From the IMG/VR virus record IMGVR_UViG_3300020045_004367, positions 1 through 31,827 of that record: a stretch of DNA of 31,827 nucleotides. One strand, 5' to 3'. The stretch is from a virus (Duplodnaviria > Caudoviricetes). The notes under the pieces are model-generated. The model was not told the origin of the DNA and ran no database searches. It was given only the letters and a program-made list of their open reading frames with translations. Made by a program: the position numbers and the translations under genes. Each line of letters starts with the position of its first letter. Within the stretch, counting starts at the first letter, position 1. This document shows positions 1 through 8,972 of this stretch, one piece after another.

Positions 1-1247
1 TCGTCGTATCAGACGGCAGGGTGTGGGCGCAGACTTCACAGAACGGGACACTCACCGAAGTGACCGGAAGCGGTTTAACCGCAGGAGTCAAGCCCACTTT
101 TGCCGAAGACAACGCGAATGTATTTGTTGCTGCCAACTCGCGGATTTACAAAATCACCAACTTTACCATGGCCGCACTGGCGGGTAACTCACCGACCGGC
201 GTAACTTCCATGCTCTATCATGGCGGTTTCCTTTTGGCTAACGGGCCGGACATTGCCGGGGATACGGTCTATTCTGACGATAAATCAAACGGTTATGCTC
301 TTTGGGAAGTCTATAACAACGAGAGCAAACCCGACAGATTGCAGACGCTTTTACTCGTTGATGGACAATTCATTTACAACATCGGGCCGGAGACGTGCGA
401 AGTCACCTACACCGGAGGCAACCCGCAGAATCCTTTTGAAGTCAATCGGGGGCGATTATCTTCGTTCGGAACGCCTGCCAAATACTCACCTGTCTACGAT
501 GGCGAGTCCGTTTACTACCTTTCGGAGATCACCCAAAGCCGGAAGGTGATCCAGAACAAAGGCGGAAGCCCTACAATCATTTCATTCCCAATAGACATAC
601 CCATAGAAGCCTTTGAGCGTGTAGACGATGCAGAAGGCTTTATATTGGCTTGCAAGGGACAGAACTTTTATTGTCTTACTTTCCCGACAGCCAATGCAGT
701 AATAAATGACCAACTCATGCCTGCCGTCACCCTTGCCTATCACATCCAGAAGCAGCAATGGCTAATACTGGCACAATGGAACACATTGATAGGTCAATGG
801 CTGGCTTATAGGGGTGGATCTTTCCTCTACATCGAATCATGGGGATTGCGTCTTGTTGGAGACCGTACCAGCGGCAAGACCTATCGCATGTATGAGAATG
901 AAACCGTTGATTATTCCGGCGAAGGCACGATGTCTCACCGATGGAGGGATAACAATAGCAAAACATGGAGTAACGCCCGCACCATATCACTTGGCACAGC
1001 CGGAGATTACAAACGCCCGGCAGATCAATTTTGTTGCGGCCAGAATCGTAACCGACAACACGAGATCAGCTACACCGATATGACCGACGCAGGGGAAATG
1101 TTCAGAATGGCGATTGTCTCAGGTGACATAACCCATGGGACGGACGCAACTAAACGGTCTAATTACTACCGCTACAACGTCAAGCGAGGCACGAACGAGT
1201 TTATCATCAACACCATTACCGAAGATATTACGGCATTGAAGCGATGA
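1..1247 (+). CDS. Tail hub / packaged-DNA stabilization protein, P22 gp10-like (5' partial)
   Basis: The frame is open from position 3 (VVSDGRVWAQ...), so the gene starts upstream of the window. Beta-propeller-like composition and motifs reminiscent of the gp10 family (FYCLTFPTAN, TLAYH...QW, LVGDRTSGK, SKTWSNARTISLG.AGDY). Lies upstream of ejection genes. Confidence 0.7.
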   Translation, partial: VVSDGRVWAQTSQNGTLTEVTGSGLTAGVKPTFAEDNANVFVAANSRIYKITNFTMAALAGNSPTGVTSMLYHGGFLLANGPDIAGDTVYSDDKSNGYALWEVYNNESKPDRLQTLLLVDGQFIYNIGPETCEVTYTGGNPQNPFEVNRGRLSSFGTPAKYSPVYDGESVYYLSEITQSRKVIQNKGGSPTIISFPIDIPIEAFERVDDAEGFILACKGQNFYCLTFPTANAVINDQLMPAVTLAYHIQKQQWLILAQWNTLIGQWLAYRGGSFLYIESWGLRLVGDRTSGKTYRMYENETVDYSGEGTMSHRWRDNNSKTWSNARTISLGTAGDYKRPADQFCCGQNRNRQHEISYTDMTDAGEMFRMAIVSGDITHGTDATKRSNYYRYNVKRGTNEFIINTITEDITALKR

Positions 1248-1354
1248 AAGGTCACGTTATGGCGGATTTATGGTTTTGCGCTAAACCGTTTATAATTTTT
1301 ATTAGTATTTTAGCAATAGTAGAAGTGTTGTTTATTTTATGGTTGGTTACATGA
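1244..1354 (+). CDS. Small single-TM protein (36 aa)
   Basis: Not in the ORF track. MKGHVMADLWFCAKPFIIFISILAIVEVLFILWLVT, with ATGA overlaps to both neighbours (1244-1247 and 1351-1354). Confidence 0.55.
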   Translation: MKGHVMADLWFCAKPFIIFISILAIVEVLFILWLVT

Positions 1355-1701
1355 GCCGCACGTTCTCCAAAATAGTCCCGAAATCCGACCTTGAACAGGA
1401 GCGGTTTTACCTCGATACAATCAGCAAATTGGAGAACACCGACTCCACGCTATCAGATCAGGAGATTTCAACTAGCGGCGGGTCAACCACCAACGGCAGA
1501 ATGAACGAGATGCAGCGGGTGATTGATGGACTCACTAGAGACGTAAGGAACGCTCGGTTATTGGTGGACTTAGTACAGCGGCAACAACAAGAAATACGGA
1601 TGCTACGGGCGCAACAGCCTGTTGAAATAGACAACACCAAGTTACGCGCACAGATACAGAGACTAGAGAAACGAATCTATGACATAGAGGTGCAATTATG
1701 A
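1351..1701 (+). CDS. Hypothetical coiled-coil virion-module protein
   Basis: ORF 1339..1701; ATG 1351 is coupled to the preceding stop. Heptad-rich C-terminus and ATGA overlap with the next gene. Confidence 0.65.
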   Translation: MSRTFSKIVPKSDLEQERFYLDTISKLENTDSTLSDQEISTSGGSTTNGRMNEMQRVIDGLTRDVRNARLLVDLVQRQQQEIRMLRAQQPVEIDNTKLRAQIQRLEKRIYDIEVQL

Positions 1702-2051
1702 GCGTTACTAGAAAACAATCCGCGGCAACACCGGCGCAACTTACCAACTCGCTGGCTACGTATTACACCGTACCGGGCGGAACCACAGCCAAGGATATTA
1801 CCTTTGATTTCTACAACTCCGACACGGCCAACGCTATTGGAATCACCGCCCATCTCGTACCCGCCGCTGGTACAGCATCGGCTACGAATCAGATATTCTC
1901 AGAGACTTCGCCAGGGGGATTGATCCTTGCCCCTAGCGAGTGGCGCAGTATCCCGATTGACCAGGCCATAGGCGCAGCGGCGTTTATCCAGATCAAAGCC
2001 TCAATTACGGCGAAAGTAGCCTGCCACATCACTGTAACAGAGGTTAATTAG
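1698..2051 (+). CDS. Hypothetical small beta-rich structural protein
   Basis: GAGG RBS, Ala/Thr-rich 117-aa ORF, coupled within the late operon. Confidence 0.7.
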   Translation: MSVTRKQSAATPAQLTNSLATYYTVPGGTTAKDITFDFYNSDTANAIGITAHLVPAAGTASATNQIFSETSPGGLILAPSEWRSIPIDQAIGAAAFIQIKASITAKVACHITVTEVN

Positions 2052-2686
2052 TGAGAAAGACCCGCGACATACTTTCGTCAATTATCCGCGACCGCATGAA
2101 CAGCGGGGCAGATTACAACGAAACGGAGAACACCGGATTTCGAATTGCCCGCGGTTCCGCTATGTCGTGGAACGATCTTCAGTTTCCCGTCTCATCGGGT
2201 AGGGTAGGAGCGGCTAATTTCCCTGATTGGGAGGCATTCACAACCAATACAGCAGAGTACGCCTTTACCGTAGACGACTATATTGATCTTTCCGCAAACG
2301 AGCCTTTCCATGGCTGGCTGGAAGGGTCGGATATCAGTATGCACATGCACGTGACTCTCAAAGACGCTAACGCAACAGGGGCTAACAGGTTTGCTAAGTT
2401 TACGCTTTACATAGCCTTTGCTGATGTTGGAGAAGTTTGGGCAGAGGCAACCCCATTGACAGCAGAACTGACCATCCCTACGGGGTCGGTTGCGTTACAT
2501 CACTTTCTCTTGCCAATGGGTCAATTGTCTATGCCTGACAACCTGATAGGCACGCAGATCAAATGCAGAGTAAAGCGCATAGCCGCCACAGGTGGTACAG
2601 AGTACGCCAGCCACATCTTTATAACTCAGGTGGGGGGGCATGTACTTAGCGACACTCAGGGCAGCAGATCGGTGGCAACCAAATGA
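2051..2686 (+). CDS. Hypothetical structural protein
   Basis: 211-aa ORF with GTG start, GAGG RBS and overlaps on both sides. Confidence 0.7.
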   Translation: MRKTRDILSSIIRDRMNSGADYNETENTGFRIARGSAMSWNDLQFPVSSGRVGAANFPDWEAFTTNTAEYAFTVDDYIDLSANEPFHGWLEGSDISMHMHVTLKDANATGANRFAKFTLYIAFADVGEVWAEATPLTAELTIPTGSVALHHFLLPMGQLSMPDNLIGTQIKCRVKRIAATGGTEYASHIFITQVGGHVLSDTQGSRSVATK

Positions 2687-3111
2687 TTTTCGTTTGCCCG
2701 AAAGAACGACTTGAAGAAACTTTGCCATTGGGGCAGAGGTTTTTTGATATGGCGCAAGAGCCGGGAACATTTAACCCCGCATCGTTTCTAAAGTTCTGGT
2801 GCAAGATATATGACAATAAAAATGGATTCATGTTGGTTAACGACAGAAACGGCGTAATTGACGGAGCTTTTGGGCTGATAATTCAAGAAGATGAATTAAC
2901 CGGAGACAGAATAGCAACGGAGAAGTTCTGGTATTCAGAAGGTTTTTCTGGGCCAAAACTATTTAAAAAAGCGCAGGAAATGGCTAAAAAGTGCGAAGCC
3001 ACTATTTTATATGTTCAACATTTTAACAATCAGTACTCAGAAAAAATACACGAGTTTTACAAGAACGATGGATTCAAGCTCAGGTACTTGCGGCTTTTAA
3101 AGGAGCTATAA
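2683..3111 (+). CDS. GNAT-fold protein of the virion module
   Basis: Pattern G.IDGAFG...ATEKFWY...GPKLFKKAQEMAK...EFYKNDGF resembles GNAT motifs. Such genes commonly precede ejection genes in podoviruses. Confidence 0.65.
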   Translation: MIFVCPKERLEETLPLGQRFFDMAQEPGTFNPASFLKFWCKIYDNKNGFMLVNDRNGVIDGAFGLIIQEDELTGDRIATEKFWYSEGFSGPKLFKKAQEMAKKCEATILYVQHFNNQYSEKIHEFYKNDGFKLRYLRLLKEL

Positions 3112-3112
3112 C

Positions 3113-4054
3113 ATGGGATGCGGCGATACTTTCACGGACATAGCCACAGGTGGCGCGACCGCCATTATTGACGATCCCGGCGTAACTCAGGCAATCGGCG
3201 GGGTAATGACCGGAGGCGCTACCAACGCCATGAACGGCGATATTGTCGGGGCGCTGTCGGGTGGCGCTTCATCCTCCATGGGAACGGGCGAAATCGGCAA
3301 ACTCACACGGGCCAGCATTGAAGGGCTTGTGACGGGTGGAGTATCGAACATTCAGCAGGCCGCAAAATACAAGAACTTTGCAAACCAGATGGATGTGTTT
3401 TTCGACCCTTCCCGCGTCAACGACAAATGGATACGCAAATCCGGCACTTACCTTGAAGGCCTACCATTGGGACACGAGGCGCGGCAGCTTGCACCGGCTG
3501 TCATGGCAACCGTAGGCGGTATCTATGGCGGCCCTGTTGGTGCAGGAGCAGGGTACTATCTCGGCGGCAAGATCAAAGGCGACTCCAACAACCAAAACCT
3601 GATAGGCGCGGGAGTTACTACCGGAGGCGCGGCAATAGGCGGGGCAGCAGGGTCTTACATCGCGCCTGCCGTATCTGGGGCGCTTGGTGGCGGTATCATG
3701 GGTAACATCGGTTCGGGAGTTGTGACGGGAGGTATTACCGGAGCAGCGACCGGAGCCATGGGCGCGGCCGCCACAGGGCAGGACGTAGGCACAGGGGCAA
3801 TGCGAGGCGGATTGACCGGGGCGATCGGTGGGGGCGCTAACAATACGTTAGGGCAACTCTACACCGCCACAGGAACACCGCAGATTGCGAGACAGGGGTT
3901 ATCCTCGCTCGCTAACCAAGGTATCAAGTACGGAACCACGGCGTTGAATCAAGAACTGTTCAGCCCTACTCAGCAGCCACGACCGCAACAAACAGGGCCG
4001 CAACTCACCCCGCAACAGCAGGCAACCATGGCCGCACTTTTCGGAGGTAGATGA
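3113..4054 (+). CDS. Gly/Ala-rich internal virion (ejection) protein
   Basis: 313 aa with glycine-zipper-like hydrophobic repeats and a Q/P-rich tail; first of four consecutive ejection-like ORFs. Confidence 0.6.
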   Translation: MGCGDTFTDIATGGATAIIDDPGVTQAIGGVMTGGATNAMNGDIVGALSGGASSSMGTGEIGKLTRASIEGLVTGGVSNIQQAAKYKNFANQMDVFFDPSRVNDKWIRKSGTYLEGLPLGHEARQLAPAVMATVGGIYGGPVGAGAGYYLGGKIKGDSNNQNLIGAGVTTGGAAIGGAAGSYIAPAVSGALGGGIMGNIGSGVVTGGITGAATGAMGAAATGQDVGTGAMRGGLTGAIGGGANNTLGQLYTATGTPQIARQGLSSLANQGIKYGTTALNQELFSPTQQPRPQQTGPQLTPQQQATMAALFGGR

Positions 4055-4055
4055 T

Positions 4056-5216
4056 ATGTTCGAAGATTGGGGAAATGGGATGGTTATAGACACGTCAACC
4101 GGCGATGTTTATGATTCCAATTCAGCGGAATACTTAGGCAATGATTCTGCCAGTTACTTTGGTCAGGATTATGTTAGCGCCGGATCAGAAAACAGCCCTT
4201 ACGGGGGCTGGAGTGCGCCAGATTACTCTGTTGCCGGGGATGGCTCGGTTACGTTCACAGACGGCACTGTTGTCAATGCAGATGGCAGTATATCAACAGG
4301 TGGGCAGACTTACACACCGGATCAGGTCAAGGCAGACCCTAGCCTGTTTGATAAGATCAGCGGGGTGGTCTCCAACTCTAACTTTTTGAAAGCCGCCGGG
4401 ATTATAGGCACTGGCCTTGCCGGTCAATATTTCAACAACCAAGCCGGAGCCGCAGGAGCCGCCGCAGGACAGACCGCACTTAACGCACAGCTTGCCGGGG
4501 CCAACACAGCCGGACAGCTTAACCGTGAGCAGTTCGAATATCAAAAACTTCTTAATGAGCCGTTCTACAACAAAGGTTTGTCTGCGTTTAATCAGTACAA
4601 CTCAGCAGTAACCGGGGAAAAGTACATTGACCCGAACTATCACAAACTAACCCGCGAAGAGGGCGACGCGCTCAACTACGCCTATCGGGAAAGAATGGGC
4701 ATCCCGTGGGACGCAAGCAACGGAGGACAGACCACCTACAACGGTATGCCGGTCAATGACCCGCTGATAGCAGCTTATCGAGGGCCGGACGGAACATACA
4801 CCGGGCAGCCGCCAGTTATCTCATGGACTCCCACGGAATCACCCGCTTACAAGTGGCAGCAGGAACAGGCCAACAAGAACAACAGCCGCACCCTCAGGGC
4901 GTTAGGCCGTGAAAACAGCTCTTACGGTATGGGGGAGCAGTTCAAGACACAGCAGAACCTAGCTGCTAGTGAATACGACCGGCAGTTGGGGCGTTTAGCC
5001 GATATGACCAACATCGCCAGGGGTGGCGCGTCTGCTTTGACAGGTGCATCAAATACCTACGGCACACAAGCTAGCAACAACGCTATTACCAGCGCGAACA
5101 ACACGGCGAACAACGCTCTGATGGGCGGCGTACTTGCACAGAACAACGCACAGAACAATATCAGCAACCTGTACGGGACTGCAAATCTAGGTTTGAAAGC
5201 CTTTGGCATACAATAG
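4056..5216 (+). CDS. DNA transfer/ejection protein (P22 gp7/gp20-like position)
   Basis: Ala/Gln/Asn-rich, with ESPAYKWQQEQ...LAASEYDRQLGRLA typical of podoviral pilot proteins; GGAGG RBS. Confidence 0.65.
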   Translation: MFEDWGNGMVIDTSTGDVYDSNSAEYLGNDSASYFGQDYVSAGSENSPYGGWSAPDYSVAGDGSVTFTDGTVVNADGSISTGGQTYTPDQVKADPSLFDKISGVVSNSNFLKAAGIIGTGLAGQYFNNQAGAAGAAAGQTALNAQLAGANTAGQLNREQFEYQKLLNEPFYNKGLSAFNQYNSAVTGEKYIDPNYHKLTREEGDALNYAYRERMGIPWDASNGGQTTYNGMPVNDPLIAAYRGPDGTYTGQPPVISWTPTESPAYKWQQEQANKNNSRTLRALGRENSSYGMGEQFKTQQNLAASEYDRQLGRLADMTNIARGGASALTGASNTYGTQASNNAITSANNTANNALMGGVLAQNNAQNNISNLYGTANLGLKAFGIQ

Positions 5217-5224
5217 GGGGCATT

Positions 5225-6811
5225 ATGGCAGAAGTGGATTACCTCAGATATGCTCAGTTGATGGGCCAGCGCAACCCGGTAGGTGAAGGTTTAGCGCAAC
5301 TAGGCCAGACACTTGACGATAACCGCCGCTATGACCTGCAAAAACAGCAGATATTACGTCAGAACCGGCTAGCGGATATGCAACTACAGCAGGGGCAAAT
5401 GACGCTTGATGAGGCAAAGCGCAAGCAGGATGCCCGCGAACAGCTCAGAACCGGTCTTGCTGGACTGCAACCTACTTCAAACCCCGCTTTTCAGGCGCAG
5501 CAGGCAGCGCACACACCGGAGGCGCTGAACTACGACCGCATGACTCCCGCGGCTAGGCAGTTCGCGCAGACAGAAGCCGGGCCGGGTAGCGACGTGGTAA
5601 AGGGCCAGCGAGACTTAGCCGTAGCATCGGCACCCGCAAAAGCTCCCGCGGTAGCGCCAGACCCTATCCCGTTAATTCTGGATTATGCTATCCGCACCGG
5701 CAATTACGATGAAGCTAAAAACGCAGTGTCGTTGGACGGTATCATGAGGAAACGACAGGCAGAAGCTAGCGCATACGGCGACCTTGCCACGGCAGATAAA
5801 CTTGAAGTCGAGATAAGCCGGATAGACAAGATCGGTAGCATGGTCAAGAAACTGAGGGAAGCCGACAAAACCGGGGGGCTGGTCAAGGAGTACGTCACTG
5901 CCCATCCTGAGATTTTCCAAGGGATCGACCCTAGCAAGATCGGCGTGCAGAATGACATGGTTGAAATGAAGGGCGCAGGCTACACGCTGGTAGTTGGGCC
6001 GGATGGTAAAAGTCATATAGTCAAGGATGCCAACGAGACAAAGGGTTTCGATACCGTGGATATGGGCGACAGGATTAAATACATCCCCCGCGACGGTTCA
6101 CCGGCTTATTACGAGAAGAAAGGCATCACACCCGGCGCAGCAGCCAGGATAACCATTAATCAGGGTGGCGGCGATAGCGAAGATGTAGCAGCATGGGCCA
6201 AAGCTGTAAAAGAAGGCCGCGCAAACCTTGCCGACGTTCCCAACCGTGGAACAGTCAGAAGCCGAGTAGTGAAAATGATAGAGCAGGGCGGCGGGGCGGA
6301 TTATGCCGCCAACAAGTCAGACAACGCCGGATTCAACGCATCTATCACTCAACAGCAAAAACAAGTTGGTGCAATGGGCAGTTTTGTTAAAAATATGGAC
6401 TCGCAAATATCAAAAGTCAGTGAACTATCGAAAAGGCTGTCTACTTTCGATACGCGCCTGTTGAACGTCCCGTTACGCGCCGTTAGAGGCCGCATTGCAG
6501 GTTCAGCCGACCAGGCTAAATACGATATGTACCTGACAGAGATCGAAAGCGAAATAGGCAAACTCGCAACAGGATCGGCGGGGAGTGTGTCGGAATTGTC
6601 CGTCGGAGCTCAGCAGAAATGGGAGAAGATCCACGACAAGAATCTTTCCATCAAAGATATGCTTTCGTTACTACAGGAGACGCGAGAAGCCGGGAAACTG
6701 AGGATGAAATCAGTACAAGACCAACTCGGAGAAACAAGATCGCAAATGAGGAACAGAGGCGGAACAACCACACCACCGAAAGCTAACAAAGATCCACTTG
6801 GTATCCTATAA
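5225..6811 (+). CDS. Internal virion / DNA ejection protein
   Basis: 528-aa helical Q/A-rich ORF between other ejection-like genes, ending DPLGIL. Confidence 0.6.
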   Translation: MAEVDYLRYAQLMGQRNPVGEGLAQLGQTLDDNRRYDLQKQQILRQNRLADMQLQQGQMTLDEAKRKQDAREQLRTGLAGLQPTSNPAFQAQQAAHTPEALNYDRMTPAARQFAQTEAGPGSDVVKGQRDLAVASAPAKAPAVAPDPIPLILDYAIRTGNYDEAKNAVSLDGIMRKRQAEASAYGDLATADKLEVEISRIDKIGSMVKKLREADKTGGLVKEYVTAHPEIFQGIDPSKIGVQNDMVEMKGAGYTLVVGPDGKSHIVKDANETKGFDTVDMGDRIKYIPRDGSPAYYEKKGITPGAAARITINQGGGDSEDVAAWAKAVKEGRANLADVPNRGTVRSRVVKMIEQGGGADYAANKSDNAGFNASITQQQKQVGAMGSFVKNMDSQISKVSELSKRLSTFDTRLLNVPLRAVRGRIAGSADQAKYDMYLTEIESEIGKLATGSAGSVSELSVGAQQKWEKIHDKNLSIKDMLSLLQETREAGKLRMKSVQDQLGETRSQMRNRGGTTTPPKANKDPLGIL

Positions 6812-8619
6812 TGGGCGAACTTGCACAGAAAATAAGGGCTAAGTATCCCGGCAGCTACGATGCTTTGCCTGATTCGGAATTAGAGGCAAAGATTACAGCC
6901 AAGTATCCCGGTGTTTATGACCACCTGACAAGTGAATGGCGCACTGGCACCGGGGCGAAGGCCGGAGCAACACAGGCGGATTTTCTCAGGGATGAAGGGA
7001 CAACCGGCACAAAGTTACGCCAGAGTTTTAAAGATACGCCTGCAATGGATTATGTAAAGGAACCTGCACGCTTTGCCGCTGAAACTGCCTTAATGCCGCT
7101 GAACGCATTAGGCAGGGGGTTGAAGTCCGTTGCATCCACGGTACAAGGTGGCGGCGAAGCAATCCGCACAGGTTCTATTGACGCAGGCTTGCAGAGATAC
7201 CAGCAGAAACAAGCAGAGTTCCAGCCTGTTCAATCGCCAATGGCACCGTCTGCAATGGGCAACATGATAGCAGCAGGCGCACAGAAAGGCATAAACAAGC
7301 TGTCAGACCTCACCGGCAGACCGGACATAGTTGAACCTGTTGCACAGGGAGCTATGGATATAGGGGCGCTTGCAGGGCTGAAAGCTGCTACACCGGCATT
7401 ATCAGCCGGAGTTAGAGCGGGAGGCCGGGGACTGGTAGATTTAGCAGGCGGCACCGCTGCAAAGATCGGAATAACCCCTGAAAAGATGTACGCCAGTTCA
7501 CTAAAACAATCCACCGTGATACCGATGGAGCAACGGGCGGCCAATGTCAAAGCGGGATTAGAAGGCGGATATGTTCCTAATAAAAAGGGTCTCAATAGGC
7601 TTTATAACGACATTAACGAAATAAACGGACAGATAGGCGCTGTTATCGAAGAAGCCGCCACAAGGGGCAAGCAGGCGGATGCAACGCCATTTATAAATGA
7701 GATAAAAGCCATTGATACAGCTATTGCAGGAGAACAAACAAGGGCGGTAGTACAGGCGCAAAACAAGGCGATACAACAGCACATGATCCGCAACGAGGGC
7801 GGACACTGGATGCAAAAAACAAACATTCCCGATGCGTCCTATTTTGCTAATCTTCGCAAGGCATATGATGCTTTACCACCTGAAAAGCAGATACAGGGAG
7901 GCTTACCATCTCCCGAAACGGTTTCATCGCCTGTCATAGATAATTTTATCGCCAAAAAAACGCAGTTACAGAAAGCCGTTGAAGAATCAGCACCAACTGG
8001 CAAAACTATCAAAGTTGACGATATATTGACGAGACTAGAAGATGTTAAACAACGGGCTATTGATTCTTTCGGAGACAATAACCCTGCCTTGAGATCCATC
8101 AAAGGGTTTGAGAAGTCTTTGAAAAACCATCCTTCTGTTGTCAACGGAGAAATACCAATTGACATAGCACAACAGATGAAAACCAACACCTACAAACAAC
8201 TTAAAAATGCCTACGGGGAGCTGAAAGGCTTTGAGGTCGAAGCAAAGAAGGCTATGGCAAGGGGCGCGAAGGAAGAGATTGTGGCACAGATACCAGAACT
8301 TGCGGCTTTGAATGCCAAAGACTCCACGCTAATCAACTTGGAAAAGGTCTTATTCAAAGCCGTCAATCGTATTGAAAATCGCGACATGATGGGCATAGGC
8401 GTACCGATTAAAGCACTTGCCGGCGGGCAGGCAGGCGTTAAAGGGATGTTTATAGGGACGCTATTAGGACTTATAGACACGCCAACCATCAAAGCCAACC
8501 TTGCCATAGCCATGCACAAAGCAAGAGGGAAGTCAGTCCCAAAAACAGAAATCAACACCCTTGTCCAAAAAATGCAGGCGGGGCTATTAGCGAGACAAAC
8601 ACAAGGAGAACAACCATGA
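6811..8619 (+). CDS. Large internal virion / DNA ejection protein
   Basis: 602-aa helical Ala-rich ORF with an N-terminal repeat (KIRAKYPGSYD / KITAKYPGVYD); 1-nt overlap with the previous stop. Confidence 0.6.
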   Translation: MGELAQKIRAKYPGSYDALPDSELEAKITAKYPGVYDHLTSEWRTGTGAKAGATQADFLRDEGTTGTKLRQSFKDTPAMDYVKEPARFAAETALMPLNALGRGLKSVASTVQGGGEAIRTGSIDAGLQRYQQKQAEFQPVQSPMAPSAMGNMIAAGAQKGINKLSDLTGRPDIVEPVAQGAMDIGALAGLKAATPALSAGVRAGGRGLVDLAGGTAAKIGITPEKMYASSLKQSTVIPMEQRAANVKAGLEGGYVPNKKGLNRLYNDINEINGQIGAVIEEAATRGKQADATPFINEIKAIDTAIAGEQTRAVVQAQNKAIQQHMIRNEGGHWMQKTNIPDASYFANLRKAYDALPPEKQIQGGLPSPETVSSPVIDNFIAKKTQLQKAVEESAPTGKTIKVDDILTRLEDVKQRAIDSFGDNNPALRSIKGFEKSLKNHPSVVNGEIPIDIAQQMKTNTYKQLKNAYGELKGFEVEAKKAMARGAKEEIVAQIPELAALNAKDSTLINLEKVLFKAVNRIENRDMMGIGVPIKALAGGQAGVKGMFIGTLLGLIDTPTIKANLAIAMHKARGKSVPKTEINTLVQKMQAGLLARQTQGEQP

Positions 8620-8963
8620 AAAAACTTATCATCGCCGCAATCATCTTAACCGCTGCAACCGCATTAGCAAAAGGGCCGCTACAGAAAGAAACCGGAGTAA
8701 AGGCCGTTATCCAAGGTTTCGCGCCGGACGGTACAAAGTCCACTGCAGTGACGGCACTTATCAGCACGACCGTGGATGCGTCAACGAGTGCGGCGTTCTC
8801 TATTTATTGCGCGGCTGATTCCAAAATCCGCTTGATGCCAACTAGCGCCAAAAGCACGTACAAACAGAACACTATCCCCGGCGGCAGTTGGTACACTAGG
8901 GTAGTAAATGCAAATACTCCCTTTGTAAACTACAGCGGAGCTTGTGAATTGCAGTTAGATTAA
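8616..8963 (+). CDS. Hypothetical exported protein (signal peptide)
   Basis: Sec-type leader MKKLIIAAIILTAATALA; AGGAG RBS; ATGA overlap. Confidence 0.7.
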   Translation: MKKLIIAAIILTAATALAKGPLQKETGVKAVIQGFAPDGTKSTAVTALISTTVDASTSAAFSIYCAADSKIRLMPTSAKSTYKQNTIPGGSWYTRVVNANTPFVNYSGACELQLD

Positions 8964-8972
8964 GGGGGGATC

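Noticed and set aside
6811-6930. AAGTATCCCGG repeated 60 bp apart (6841, 6901) as a DNA regulatory repeat
   Set aside because: It is in frame and explained by the KYPG peptide repeat.
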